In this document: positions 1-7,416 of the stretch, in pieces
How positions within the stretch are numbered: the stretch's first letter is position 1
Layout: every line of letters begins with the position of its first letter
Origin: an uncultured Candidatus Micrarchaeota archaeon
GTDB lineage: Archaea; Micrarchaeota; Micrarchaeia; Burarchaeales; Fermentimicrarchaeaceae
Direction: 5' to 3'
Assembly: GCA_903921825.1 (NCBI GenBank)
Contig: CAIXRF010000077.1
Coordinates: 1 to 29,332 of the forward strand
Length of the DNA stretch: 29,332 nucleotides
The notes under the pieces: model-generated
What the model saw: the letters and a program-made list of their open reading frames with translations, nothing else
Told to the model about the DNA's origin: nothing
The model's database searches: none
Translations under genes and position numbers: made by a program

Positions 1-485
1 ACTGCCTGCCCGATTCGTCCTGCATAGGCGGCGTATGCCGTGGCCAGGACTCAGACGGCGACGGAATTCCAGACGCACAGGACAACTGTCCCTCCGTATA
101 CAACCCCAGCCAGGCGGATAGCGATGGGGATCGCGTTGGTGACGCATGCGACAACTGCGTATATACACCCAATCAGAACCAGGCGGACAGCGATGGCGAC
201 GGAGTCGGCAATGTATGCGACAACTGCCCCGGCACATATAACCCAAGCCAGGCGGACAGCGATGGGGACAGAGTTGGCGACGCCTGCGACAACTGCATTT
301 ATACTCCCAACGCAGACCAGGCAGACGCCGATAGGGATGGCATGGGAGATGCGTGCGACACGTGCACACAGAACCAACAGTGCACCTATCCGCCTGAGAC
401 CTGCGACGCCTGCGATGTTGACTGCGAAGGGCAGACGGCTGACTGCGGGCATGGAACCTGCCAACACGGAAGATGCGCGCCCTGA
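1..485 (+). CDS. C-terminal fragment (5' truncated by the window edge) of an adhesin-like protein with thrombospondin type-3 (TSP3) Ca-binding repeats. Paralog of the downstream gene.
   Basis: Frame 3 is open from nt 3 to the TGA at 483-485. It translates to ...[37 protein letters not shown]..., repeated DxDxDGxxDxxDNC motifs. Nt 1-117 are identical to 1535-1651 inside the next gene. The tracked ORF 40..522 is in the wrong frame. Confidence 0.6.
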   Translation, partial: CLPDSSCIGGVCRGQDSDGDGIPDAQDNCPSVYNPSQADSDGDRVGDACDNCVYTPNQNQADSDGDGVGNVCDNCPGTYNPSQADSDGDRVGDACDNCIYTPNADQADADRDGMGDACDTCTQNQQCTYPPETCDACDVDCEGQTADCGHGTCQHGRCAP

Positions 486-516
486 CGCTAGCGTGCCACT
501 GAGCCCGCAGCAAAAC

Positions 517-529
517 ACTTAAAAGTAAT
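517..529 (+). promoter_or_regulatory. Candidate TATA box (cttaaaagtaat) for the 559..2307 gene.
   Basis: AT-rich octamer in a GC-rich background, 30-40 nt upstream of ATG 559. GGAGTG (547-552) lies 6 nt before that ATG. Confidence 0.4.
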
Positions 530-558
530 GCGTGCAAATTGGTAGCGGAGTGATTACG

Positions 559-2307
559 ATGACGCCACATGCTAATCTGAAGGGCCAATCCGCGATGCAA
601 GTTGCCCCTGGCGGGCAACAGCCTCAAGTCGCCTGCGGCGACAACTGCGCAACTCGCGTTGCGCATCGCGCCTGCCGCGGGCAGAGCGCGATGGAATTTC
701 TCATGACTTATGGCTGGGCCATTCTCGTCCTCATCATCGTTGTTGCAGTCCTATTTTACATCGGCGTGTTGAACCCGAAGAACACACAGACGAACACCCT
801 TCTCTTCGCACCCGGCTTAAGCGCATTTACATTCCGCCTGGGCAATGTAAGTGGCGCACTTGAACTGGACTTGGGCCAGGCGCAGGGCAAGTCCATAGTC
901 ATCACCGGAATCTCATGCTCCCAGGAGGCCGCTGCGCCAATACGCGACCTCAGCAGCCCGATACTCATCTCCACAGGCGAGCACAGGTGGGTTAGTGGGC
1001 CGAATTCCAACAACGAGGTCCTCTGCAGGGGAGAGGCTGACCAGCCGCTTCCGCCTGAGAATACACAGCTCGGCGAAAGATACAAGGGAAGGGTGTGCCT
1101 CAGGTACCAGGAATCGGACACTGGATTGAACCGGACTGTTTGCGGTGACTTGAACACAAAGTTTGAGACGAGCGGAACCGGTGGAGGCGGAGGAACGCCC
1201 ACAGCAACGCCGGGAGGCACTGCCACTCCAACGCCCACTGAGACGCCTACAGCCACACCAGAGCCAACCGCGACGCCCACATCTACGCCTTCCTGCTCCA
1301 ACGGAATCCAAGATGGCGATGAAACGGACGTAGACTGCGGAGGCAGCTGCCCCCCATGCGCAAATGGCAAGAACTGCGTCCAGGGTAGCGACTGCACGTC
1401 GCAAATCTGCTCTGGAGGCAGATGCCAAGTCCCATCCTGCTCTGATGGAGTCCAAAATGGCGAAGAAACTGATGTAGACTGCGGAGACGGCTGCTCCCCA
1501 TGTGCAAACGGCCAGAACTGCATCGGTGATAGCGACTGCCTGCCCGATTCGTCCTGCATAGGCGGCGTATGCCGTGGCCAGGACTCAGACGGCGACGGAA
1601 TTCCAGACGCACAGGACAACTGTCCCTCCGTATACAACCCCAGCCAGGCGGATTCGGATGGCGATGGAGTCGGCGACGCCTGCGACAACTGCCCATCTGT
1701 TTCCAACCACGACCAGGCAGATGGCGATCATGATGGCATGGGAGATGCGTGCGACACCTGCACGCGGAATGGCGTGTGCACTTATCCACCTGAGACATGT
1801 ACTGCCTGCTCCATTGACTGTGGCGGGCAACAGGCTGACTGCGGGCAGGGAGCCTCCTGTCTAAATAGTGTATGCTGCTCACCCAGGCCCGAAACATGCA
1901 ACGGCGTAGACGACGACTGCAACGGGGTTATTGACGATGGCCTAGGCTCAACCACCTGCGGCATTGGCGCTTGCCAACAAACAGTACAAAACTGTATAGA
2001 CGGCCAGACGCAGCACTGCGTCCCTGGCTCACCCCGCCCCGAAACATGCAACGGAATAGACGACGACTGCAATGGAGTAATTGATGACGGCCTAGGCTCA
2101 ACCAGCTGCGGCGTCGGCGCTTGCAGGGTAACAGTACAAAACTGTGTAAACGGCCAAACGCAGACCTGCGTCCCTGACCCACCCCGCGCCGAAACATGCA
2201 ACGGAATAGACGACGACTGCAATGGAGTAGTTGATGATAACCCTGGGAGCTTGTGCGGCCAAGGGCAGACATGCCAGAGTGGCCGATGCGTGCCCAATCC
2301 ACCATAA
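559..2307 (+). CDS. Pilin-like (class III signal peptide) adhesin. It has a PT linker, two Cys-rich EGF-like units, four or more TSP3 Ca-binding repeats, and three MopE-like putative metal-binding Cys repeats.
   Basis: The N-terminus ...[27 protein letters not shown] has Glu at +5 and a hydrophobic helix, typical of archaeal type IV pilin-like signal peptides. Downstream are [33 protein letters not shown], then 2x [28 protein letters not shown], then [15 protein letters not shown]... repeats, then 3x PRPETCNG(I/V)[14 protein letters not shown]...C. The track start 532 is GTG. ATG 559 is preferred because of the upstream GGAG. An even later start is possible. Confidence 0.8.
   Translation: MTPHANLKGQSAMQVAPGGQQPQVACGDNCATRVAHRACRGQSAMEFLMTYGWAILVLIIVVAVLFYIGVLNPKNTQTNTLLFAPGLSAFTFRLGNVSGALELDLGQAQGKSIVITGISCSQEAAAPIRDLSSPILISTGEHRWVSGPNSNNEVLCRGEADQPLPPENTQLGERYKGRVCLRYQESDTGLNRTVCGDLNTKFETSGTGGGGGTPTATPGGTATPTPTETPTATPEPTATPTSTPSCSNGIQDGDETDVDCGGSCPPCANGKNCVQGSDCTSQICSGGRCQVPSCSDGVQNGEETDVDCGDGCSPCANGQNCIGDSDCLPDSSCIGGVCRGQDSDGDGIPDAQDNCPSVYNPSQADSDGDGVGDACDNCPSVSNHDQADGDHDGMGDACDTCTRNGVCTYPPETCTACSIDCGGQQADCGQGASCLNSVCCSPRPETCNGVDDDCNGVIDDGLGSTTCGIGACQQTVQNCIDGQTQHCVPGSPRPETCNGIDDDCNGVIDDGLGSTSCGVGACRVTVQNCVNGQTQTCVPDPPRAETCNGIDDDCNGVVDDNPGSLCGQGQTCQSGRCVPNPP
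1885..2300 (+). repeat. Three tandem copies of a ~150-bp (50-aa) unit encoding the MopE-like Cys repeat.
   Basis: The string cccgaaacatgcaacgg(a/c)(a/g)tagacgacgactgcaa(c/t)gg... recurs at ~1888, ~2038 and ~2188 with high nucleotide identity. Confidence 0.7.
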
Positions 2308-2317
2308 TGCGGCTCTC

Positions 2318-2330
2318 CCTTTTTTGATTT
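2318..2330 (+). terminator. Oligo-T tract after the adhesin gene stop. Candidate archaeal terminator.
   Basis: The sequence ccctttttt gattt lies immediately after the TAA at 2305-2307. Confidence 0.35.
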
Positions 2331-2367
2331 GAGTTAGTGTTTTAAGGGGCGGCGGCGAAATCCCTGC

Positions 2368-2925
2368 GTGGAATTTGAAGAGCTCCTGCTGCCCGCCGCA
2401 CTCCTGCTCCTCGCAGTTGCGGCAGCGGCGATAATCCTGCACAGCACGCGCATCTACCGCGAGCACGAGCGCGGCGTGAGGTTCAGGCTCGGAAAGCTGA
2501 ACAAGGTGCTCGGCCCCGGAATCGCCTTCACGCTGCCCTACATCGACTCGGCAATAACCGTGGACATGCGCTCACGCGTGCTAGAGATGGATGAGCTGAA
2601 AGCGATGGCGAAGGAGGGAGCAGTCGTCTTCCTCGACGTAGTCGTCCGCTATCACATTTCCTCCCCTGAGCTTGCCGTCACGGCCGTAGCCAACGTAGAG
2701 GCGTCGCTCAGGACGCTCGCTGAAACTGCGGTGCGGAATTCCGTGGGCGAGCTCAGCTTCGGGCAGCTCGTGGGAAAGAAGGAGTTCATCAACGCAAGGC
2801 TCCGCGAATCGGTTTCAAACGAGGCGGGAAAATGGGGCCTGAAAGTGGAAGGGGTGGAGATAATGGACATCACTCCTTCCGAGAGGACGATGCAGCAGAT
2901 TAATAAAAAAAGCGGGAAAAGGTGA
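2368..2925 (+). CDS. SPFH / band-7 (stomatin-prohibitin family) membrane protein.
   Basis: It has an N-terminal TM helix followed by a band-7-like core: ...RFRLGKLNKVLGPGIAFTLPYIDSAITVDMR...ETAVRNSVGELSFGQLVGKKEFINARLRE... The start codon is GTG. Confidence 0.75.
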   Translation: MEFEELLLPAALLLLAVAAAAIILHSTRIYREHERGVRFRLGKLNKVLGPGIAFTLPYIDSAITVDMRSRVLEMDELKAMAKEGAVVFLDVVVRYHISSPELAVTAVANVEASLRTLAETAVRNSVGELSFGQLVGKKEFINARLRESVSNEAGKWGLKVEGVEIMDITPSERTMQQINKKSGKR

Positions 2926-2929
2926 GAGC

Positions 2930-3118
2930 ATGATTGAAGTCAACAAGAACCTCTGCATATACTGCGGCGCGTGCGTGGGCGTGTGCCCGGTGCTCGCGAA
3001 CAGGCTGCGCGAAACGTGGATTGAGCACGACCCACAGAAGTGCATAGACTGCGCGTCCTGCGTGAAGGCCTGCCCCATGGCGGCGATAACCCTGCACAAG
3101 GGGAAGAAGTCGCTCTAG
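2930..3118 (+). CDS. 2x[4Fe-4S] ferredoxin.
   Basis: 62 aa with two CxxCxxCxxxCP motifs: CIYCGACVGVCP and CIDCASCVKACP. Its stop abuts the start of the GGR gene. Confidence 0.85.
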   Translation: MIEVNKNLCIYCGACVGVCPVLANRLRETWIEHDPQKCIDCASCVKACPMAAITLHKGKKSL

Positions 3119-4321
3119 GTGATGGTGATGGAAAAATACGACGTGATTGTTGCGGGATGCGGGCCATGCGGCGCGATGGCGGCAAGGGCGGCAGCGAAGG
3201 CCGGCGCCAAAGTCCTGGCAATAGACCGCAGGAAGGAGCTGGGCGCGCCAGTGAGATGCGGAGAAGGAATCGGCCTTCATTGGATGGAAGAGCTGGGAAT
3301 AAAGATGAACCCGAAGGCAGTGAGCGCGGAGATAAACGGCTCACTCCTCATCTCGCCGGACTGGACGCGCAAGGTGATGATTAAGAACAAGGAAACGAAG
3401 GGCTTCGTGGTGGACAGGAAGGTCTTCGACAAGGAGTTGGCGATTGAGGCCGGAAGATGCGGGGCCGACATCCTCGTGCACAGCGAAATTTACGACGTAA
3501 TAAGAGAGGGAGGCAAGACCTGCGGCGTGAAGGCGCTCGTTGACGGGAAGAAACAGGAATTCAGGGCAGAGGCCGTGATTGCCGCGGATGGCGGCGAGTC
3601 AACCGTTGCGAGGCTCGCCGGCCTGAACACGGTCGCATCCCTCTACGACACGGATTTCGGAGTGGAGTATGAAATGGTGAATGTCGAGTGCGAGGACCTG
3701 ATTGAGGTCTATTTCTCCAACGCGGACGCGCCAAGGGGCTACGTCTGGATTTTCCCCAAGGGGAAGGACGTGGCGAACGTCGGCGTGGGAATAGGCGGGC
3801 TTCACACGCCAAACGCGAAATATTATCTTGACAAGTGGATTAGGGCGCACCCGGAGAGGCTCGGGAAGGCGAAGACGGTTGCGATTAAGGGCGGAATCAT
3901 TCCGGTGGGCGCGCCGATGACGGACGAGGCGGTAGGCGAAGGCATCATTGCCGCAGGAACGGCAGCGCACCAGGTCGACCCAATCCACGGGGGCGGAATC
4001 TGCCTCGCGATGGAGGCGGGGAAGATGGCGGGCGAGGTAGCCGCGAAGAACGCGCTCGCGAAGACGTGCGACAGGGCCCATCTGCTCGAATACGCCGAGA
4101 TTTACAAGAAGGTGCGCGCGCCGAAGCTCATGAAGCGGCTAAAATTGAGGAAAGTCCTGGAGAAGCTGAGCGACGACGACTTCAATGCTGTCTTCGCGCA
4201 CCTTGACGACAAGGACATCGACAATCTGCTGAAGAGCAACTTCGCCGCAGTCGTCGGCAAGATGAGCCGCCTGCTGCTGAACAGGCCAGGGCTCTTGAAG
4301 GCGATGAGCGCCCTGCTGTGA
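3119..4321 (+). CDS. Geranylgeranyl reductase family flavoprotein (digeranylgeranylglycerophospholipid reductase).
   Basis: N-terminal FAD fold YDVIVAGCGPCGAMAARAAAKAGAKVLAIDRR, then CGEGI, and GGR-family length and composition. The start could be ATG 3122 or 3128 rather than GTG 3119. Confidence 0.88.
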   Translation: MMVMEKYDVIVAGCGPCGAMAARAAAKAGAKVLAIDRRKELGAPVRCGEGIGLHWMEELGIKMNPKAVSAEINGSLLISPDWTRKVMIKNKETKGFVVDRKVFDKELAIEAGRCGADILVHSEIYDVIREGGKTCGVKALVDGKKQEFRAEAVIAADGGESTVARLAGLNTVASLYDTDFGVEYEMVNVECEDLIEVYFSNADAPRGYVWIFPKGKDVANVGVGIGGLHTPNAKYYLDKWIRAHPERLGKAKTVAIKGGIIPVGAPMTDEAVGEGIIAAGTAAHQVDPIHGGGICLAMEAGKMAGEVAAKNALAKTCDRAHLLEYAEIYKKVRAPKLMKRLKLRKVLEKLSDDDFNAVFAHLDDKDIDNLLKSNFAAVVGKMSRLLLNRPGLLKAMSALL

Positions 4322-4325
4322 TGGC

Positions 4326-4658
4326 ATGGCAACGTTCGAAGAATTCCAGAAGCTGGACATCCGCGTGGGAAGGATTCTCGAGGTGGAGGACTTCCCGGAG
4401 GCAAGGCGGCCTTCCTACAAATTGAAGATTGACCTCGGAAAAGAAATAGGCATCAAGAAATCCGTTGCGCAGCTCCCCGGAAATTACAGGAAGGAGGCGC
4501 TCAAGGGAATGCTGGTCCTCTGCGTGGTGAATTTCCCGCCAAGGCAGGTAGGTCCCGCGCTCTCCGAAGTCCTGACGCTCGGCGTTCCCGGCAGGAACGG
4601 CGAATGCATCCTCATCCAGCCCGAACGGGACGTGGAGATAGGCGGAAGACTTTATTAA
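4326..4658 (+). CDS. tRNA-binding domain protein (CsaA / Trbp111 / MetRS C-terminal-domain-like).
   Basis: KLDIRVGRILEVEDFPEARRPSYKLKIDLG...GMLVLCVVNFPPRQVG... matches the OB-fold tRNA-binding domain signature. Confidence 0.75.
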   Translation: MATFEEFQKLDIRVGRILEVEDFPEARRPSYKLKIDLGKEIGIKKSVAQLPGNYRKEALKGMLVLCVVNFPPRQVGPALSEVLTLGVPGRNGECILIQPERDVEIGGRLY

Positions 4659-4704
4659 TCTGGATGTGCAAAAGCAATCTCCGCGAATTACGCTGGTGCT
4701 TGTT

Positions 4705-4878
4705 ATGGAGCAGTTGAACCGTTTTGAGAGGGCAAGGCTTGTTGGGGCCAGGGCGCTCCAGCTTGCGAGCGGCGCGCCCCCGCTAATAGACGTGCCGAAG
4801 GGGACGATAAGCGCGGTGGACGTCGCGTTCCGCGAGTTCGAGAAGGGCGTGCTCCCCCTCGTCGTTCTGAAGGAATAA
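4705..4878 (+). CDS. rpoK: DNA-directed RNA polymerase subunit K (Rpo6/omega-like).
   Basis: MEQLNRFERARLVGARALQLASGAPPLIDV... is the conserved RpoK core. ATG 4705 is preferred over the track's GTG 4666 because the TATA-like tttattaa (4651-4658) is only 8 nt before 4666. Confidence 0.8.
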   Translation: MEQLNRFERARLVGARALQLASGAPPLIDVPKGTISAVDVAFREFEKGVLPLVVLKE

Positions 4879-4910
4879 CCCTTTTATATACCGCGAATAA
4901 AGCCAACATC

Positions 4911-5489
4911 ATGGAGCGGAGCGTCCTGATAGCCGCAGCAGTCATAGCGGTGCTTGCCGTCGCCGGCATCTATTTTGCCATAAAAGGGAACGGAGGCAAC
5001 GGCAACGGCCAGTATGCGGGAGTAGCGCTAGGCGTGGAGCCAGCGGGGACGGCGCAGTTCCCGCAAAGGAACTGCTACATGGGCGCGGAGCCCGTCTTCG
5101 GCGGGAACGGCGTGCGCGTGCAGCTCGCCGCAGATTTCCTGATAAACAACTACGGGAAGGAGCTGCTAAATGGCTCGTCCGTTTTCCTCATCTTCAACAA
5201 CGAGGTGGTCGCGGAGGCACGGCTCAACCAGTCCTACGCTAACGGAACGCTGCTTTTCGACGGGAAGAGGGAGTTCAGCTTCCTAAGGGAGTTCCACGGC
5301 GCCGAGTATTCCGTGGATAGGCTGAAGAGAATATACTCAGGGGACGAGAACTTCGAATACAAGCTTGCCTACTGCAACGGATGCGTCGACCCCGTGCAGG
5401 AGGGTTTCGTCTTCTACTCCAACACCACCCAATTTTGCTGCAAGGTTCCGAGCACCATGATTGGCTCGGCAGCGAACTCCTGCAGCTAG
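4911..5489 (+). CDS. Hypothetical N-terminally anchored extracytoplasmic protein.
   Basis: N-terminal TM helix (VLIAAAVIAVLAVAGIYFAI) then a Gly/Asn-rich stretch and NxS/T sequons. The TATA-like ttttatata at 4883-4890 is ~21 nt upstream, so the transcript is probably leaderless. Confidence 0.5.
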   Translation: MERSVLIAAAVIAVLAVAGIYFAIKGNGGNGNGQYAGVALGVEPAGTAQFPQRNCYMGAEPVFGGNGVRVQLAADFLINNYGKELLNGSSVFLIFNNEVVAEARLNQSYANGTLLFDGKREFSFLREFHGAEYSVDRLKRIYSGDENFEYKLAYCNGCVDPVQEGFVFYSNTTQFCCKVPSTMIGSAANSCS

Positions 5490-6595
5490 AGAAGGAAGAA
5501 GGCGAGCGCAGCAAGGGGAATGAGGAAGTTGTCATCCACCCCCACGTTCAGCGTTTCCGCAAGGGCGCAAACGAAGGCGAGCGGGAGCGCGGCGAGGCCG
5601 ATGAACGGGTATGCGGCGAGGCTTCCGAGGGCGAAAAAGGCGGCCGCGCCGGCCCAGCTCTTCCCGCTATTGTAGAATAACCTGGTCTTCCCGCCATTCA
5701 TCCTTCCCGCAAGCGTCGCTGCAGCATCGCCCCATGCGAGGACTGCAATCGCAGCCATCGCCTTCACCGGGTCAGAAAGGGCGGACAGGACGAGCAGCGC
5801 GCCGAGCACGTACATGAATGCGCCCTTCGCGGGCATGACTTTGGGCCTCTCGAGCAGGTCGAACAGCTCGTCGATGAGCGCGGTTCTCCTCCTCTCCATC
5901 CTCAGGTGCATTGCAGCCATCCCAAGGAAGAGCGCGAGCACGAGGAGAAGCTCCGTCCCGGGCCTACCAACAAACCAGATGAGGAGAAGGATGCCCATCC
6001 CGAAGGCAGCGTGCGCGGCCTGCCGCCTAAGCTCGAGCGCGAAGCCCCCTCTCTTCTGCTTCTCAAAGTGCTCCTCCCTCACATGGAGGAGGCGCGGGAA
6101 AAAGTGCCGGAGCCATCCCTCTATTATGAAGTATGTGGCGAGCGCCAGCACGATTCCGCCAGCCACGTCGTTGATGGTGTGCACGCCTAGGTATATCCTG
6201 CTGAGCGCGGTGATTATCGCAAGGAGGAAGAACACGGGGAACACGCCCGTGCCTAGGCTCGCGCCAGCGAACGTGAACGCGAATGCGGTGTGCCCGCTGG
6301 GGAAGGAGTAATCGAATGGGCAGTAGGGAAGCTTCAGGTAGTCGGAGGGCACGATGCACGGCCTCGGCTGCTGCGTGCCCGCCTTCACCGCGACCACTAA
6401 AATAGCCATCACCAGAAGCGAGATGAGGAATGCCGCAAGCTTCAGCTTGTTCTTGCGCACGCTTGGCCTGAGGAGGTAGAATGCGGCCGCGATGCCGAGG
6501 AACAGCAGATAGGCATACTGGTCAAGGAATACGGCGACCGCTGTGAAGAGGGGAATGTTCAACGAAGCCAGCGCTGCGCTGAATTCGTCCATCAT
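5486..6595 (-). CDS. Integral membrane fusion. The N-terminal half is a PAP2 (type-2 phosphatidic-acid-phosphatase family) domain. The C-terminal half is a polyprenol/dolichol-kinase-like (CTP-transferase 1 superfamily) domain.
   Basis: PAP2 motifs KxxxxxxxP...PSGH...SRIYLGVHxxxD are all present. The C-terminal part carries GDAAATLAGRMNGGKTRLFYNSGKSWAGAAAFF, which resembles the dolichol kinase / CdsA-family catalytic motif. The whole protein is multi-TM. Confidence 0.7.
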   Translation of the reverse strand: MMDEFSAALASLNIPLFTAVAVFLDQYAYLLFLGIAAAFYLLRPSVRKNKLKLAAFLISLLVMAILVVAVKAGTQQPRPCIVPSDYLKLPYCPFDYSFPSGHTAFAFTFAGASLGTGVFPVFFLLAIITALSRIYLGVHTINDVAGGIVLALATYFIIEGWLRHFFPRLLHVREEHFEKQKRGGFALELRRQAAHAAFGMGILLLIWFVGRPGTELLLVLALFLGMAAMHLRMERRRTALIDELFDLLERPKVMPAKGAFMYVLGALLVLSALSDPVKAMAAIAVLAWGDAAATLAGRMNGGKTRLFYNSGKSWAGAAAFFALGSLAAYPFIGLAALPLAFVCALAETLNVGVDDNFLIPLAALAFFLL

Positions 6596-7356
6596 CGCCT
6601 GCCACCCGCCAGCCTTGAGAGGCGCTGGTTCATGCAGGCAACCGCTTCCCGCAGCGCCCTCTTGTTGTCGTAATTCTTCAGCACCGCAGCCTGCCTCGGC
6701 CTTCCCGCCCGCTTCAGCCTGCGCGCGGCTTTCACAAGGGCAGGCATTGCCCTCACCACATTGTCCACTATCGTGATGTCCGCCTCCCGCGCGGTCACGG
6801 AGAGCGGGTTCAGGTCTATTGCAATCACCCTCTTCCCCATCCTGCGCAGGGCCCTCGTCCTGTCGCCGTCCTCCATCGCAAGCAGCACGACGTCCGCCGT
6901 ATATATTCCCTCCCTGCTCACCCGCCTCCTGCTGCTGAAAAGCTCGGGAATAGACGCAAGCGCCCTCCCGGAACCCAGCACCTCCTTCGCCCCGGCCTTT
7001 CTCAGGTGCGCTGCAATCCGCCGCACCCTGCTTTCAGTGCGGTAGAATATGTTAACTTCCACCTTTGCCCCACATGCTTCCGCAAGCTCCGCCGTTTCCT
7101 CCGGGCAGAGCGCGGCAAGGTTCCCATTCACCGAGATTACCGGCCTGCGTGCGAGCAGGAGGCTGGCCGCTGCCGCTTCCGCGGCCCGGGCCGCGAACCT
7201 ACCGCTCCTTTCACCTAGACAATAGTCGAAGGCCTCCCCCCTGCCCTGCGCAATCAGCCCTGCCTCGCACACAAAGCCCTTCCGGTAGCCTGCGGTAAGC
7301 TTTTCCCTTATCTCGAGCGACTTCCTCCTCGGATGCGACGGCGGTATCCCGTTCAC
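6592..7356 (-). CDS. 4-phosphopantoate--beta-alanine ligase (archaeal phosphopantothenate synthetase, COG1701 family).
   Basis: SHPRRKSLEIREKL...AGLIAQGRGEAFDY...VISVNGNLAALCP...VEVNIFYRTE...DVVLLAMEDGDRT...IAIDLNPLSVTAREADITIVDNVVRA matches my recollection of the archaeal PPS family. GTG start. There is a 4-nt overlap with the downstream gene. Confidence 0.8.
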   Translation of the reverse strand: MNGIPPSHPRRKSLEIREKLTAGYRKGFVCEAGLIAQGRGEAFDYCLGERSGRFAARAAEAAAASLLLARRPVISVNGNLAALCPEETAELAEACGAKVEVNIFYRTESRVRRIAAHLRKAGAKEVLGSGRALASIPELFSSRRRVSREGIYTADVVLLAMEDGDRTRALRRMGKRVIAIDLNPLSVTAREADITIVDNVVRAMPALVKAARRLKRAGRPRQAAVLKNYDNKRALREAVACMNQRLSRLAGGRR

Positions 7357-7416
7357 GGCATGTTTTTGAGCGCGGGCTTTATATAGCGAAAGTGGGTAAA
7401 ATCGGCAGGTGAATGC

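Noticed and set aside
40-522. Tracked ORFs 40..522 (+) and 51..518 (-), and likewise 1574..1864 (+) and 1585..1830 (-).
   Set aside because: They are wrong-frame or antisense readings of the TSP3-repeat coding sequence. The real frame (nt 3-485 and the 532/559-2307 ORF) gives recognisable Ca-binding repeats. These give low-complexity T/A/R-rich peptides.
756-2466. Minus-strand ORFs nested in the adhesin gene: 756..1706, 913..1455, 1283..1897, 1782..2297, 1928..2305 and 2098..2466.
   Set aside because: All overlap the well-supported plus-strand adhesin gene. They arise from high GC and repeats. The Pro/Ser/Arg-rich products have no features.
5381-6359. Plus-strand ORFs 5381..5680, 5611..5817, 5814..6311 and 5906..6190, and the minus-strand ORF 6063..6359 (a different frame from the PAP2 gene), all inside the PAP2/kinase fusion gene region.
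   Set aside because: The minus-strand product (5486-6595) has complete PAP2 motifs and a coherent multi-TM profile. These overlapping ORFs are Arg/Glu-rich with no features.
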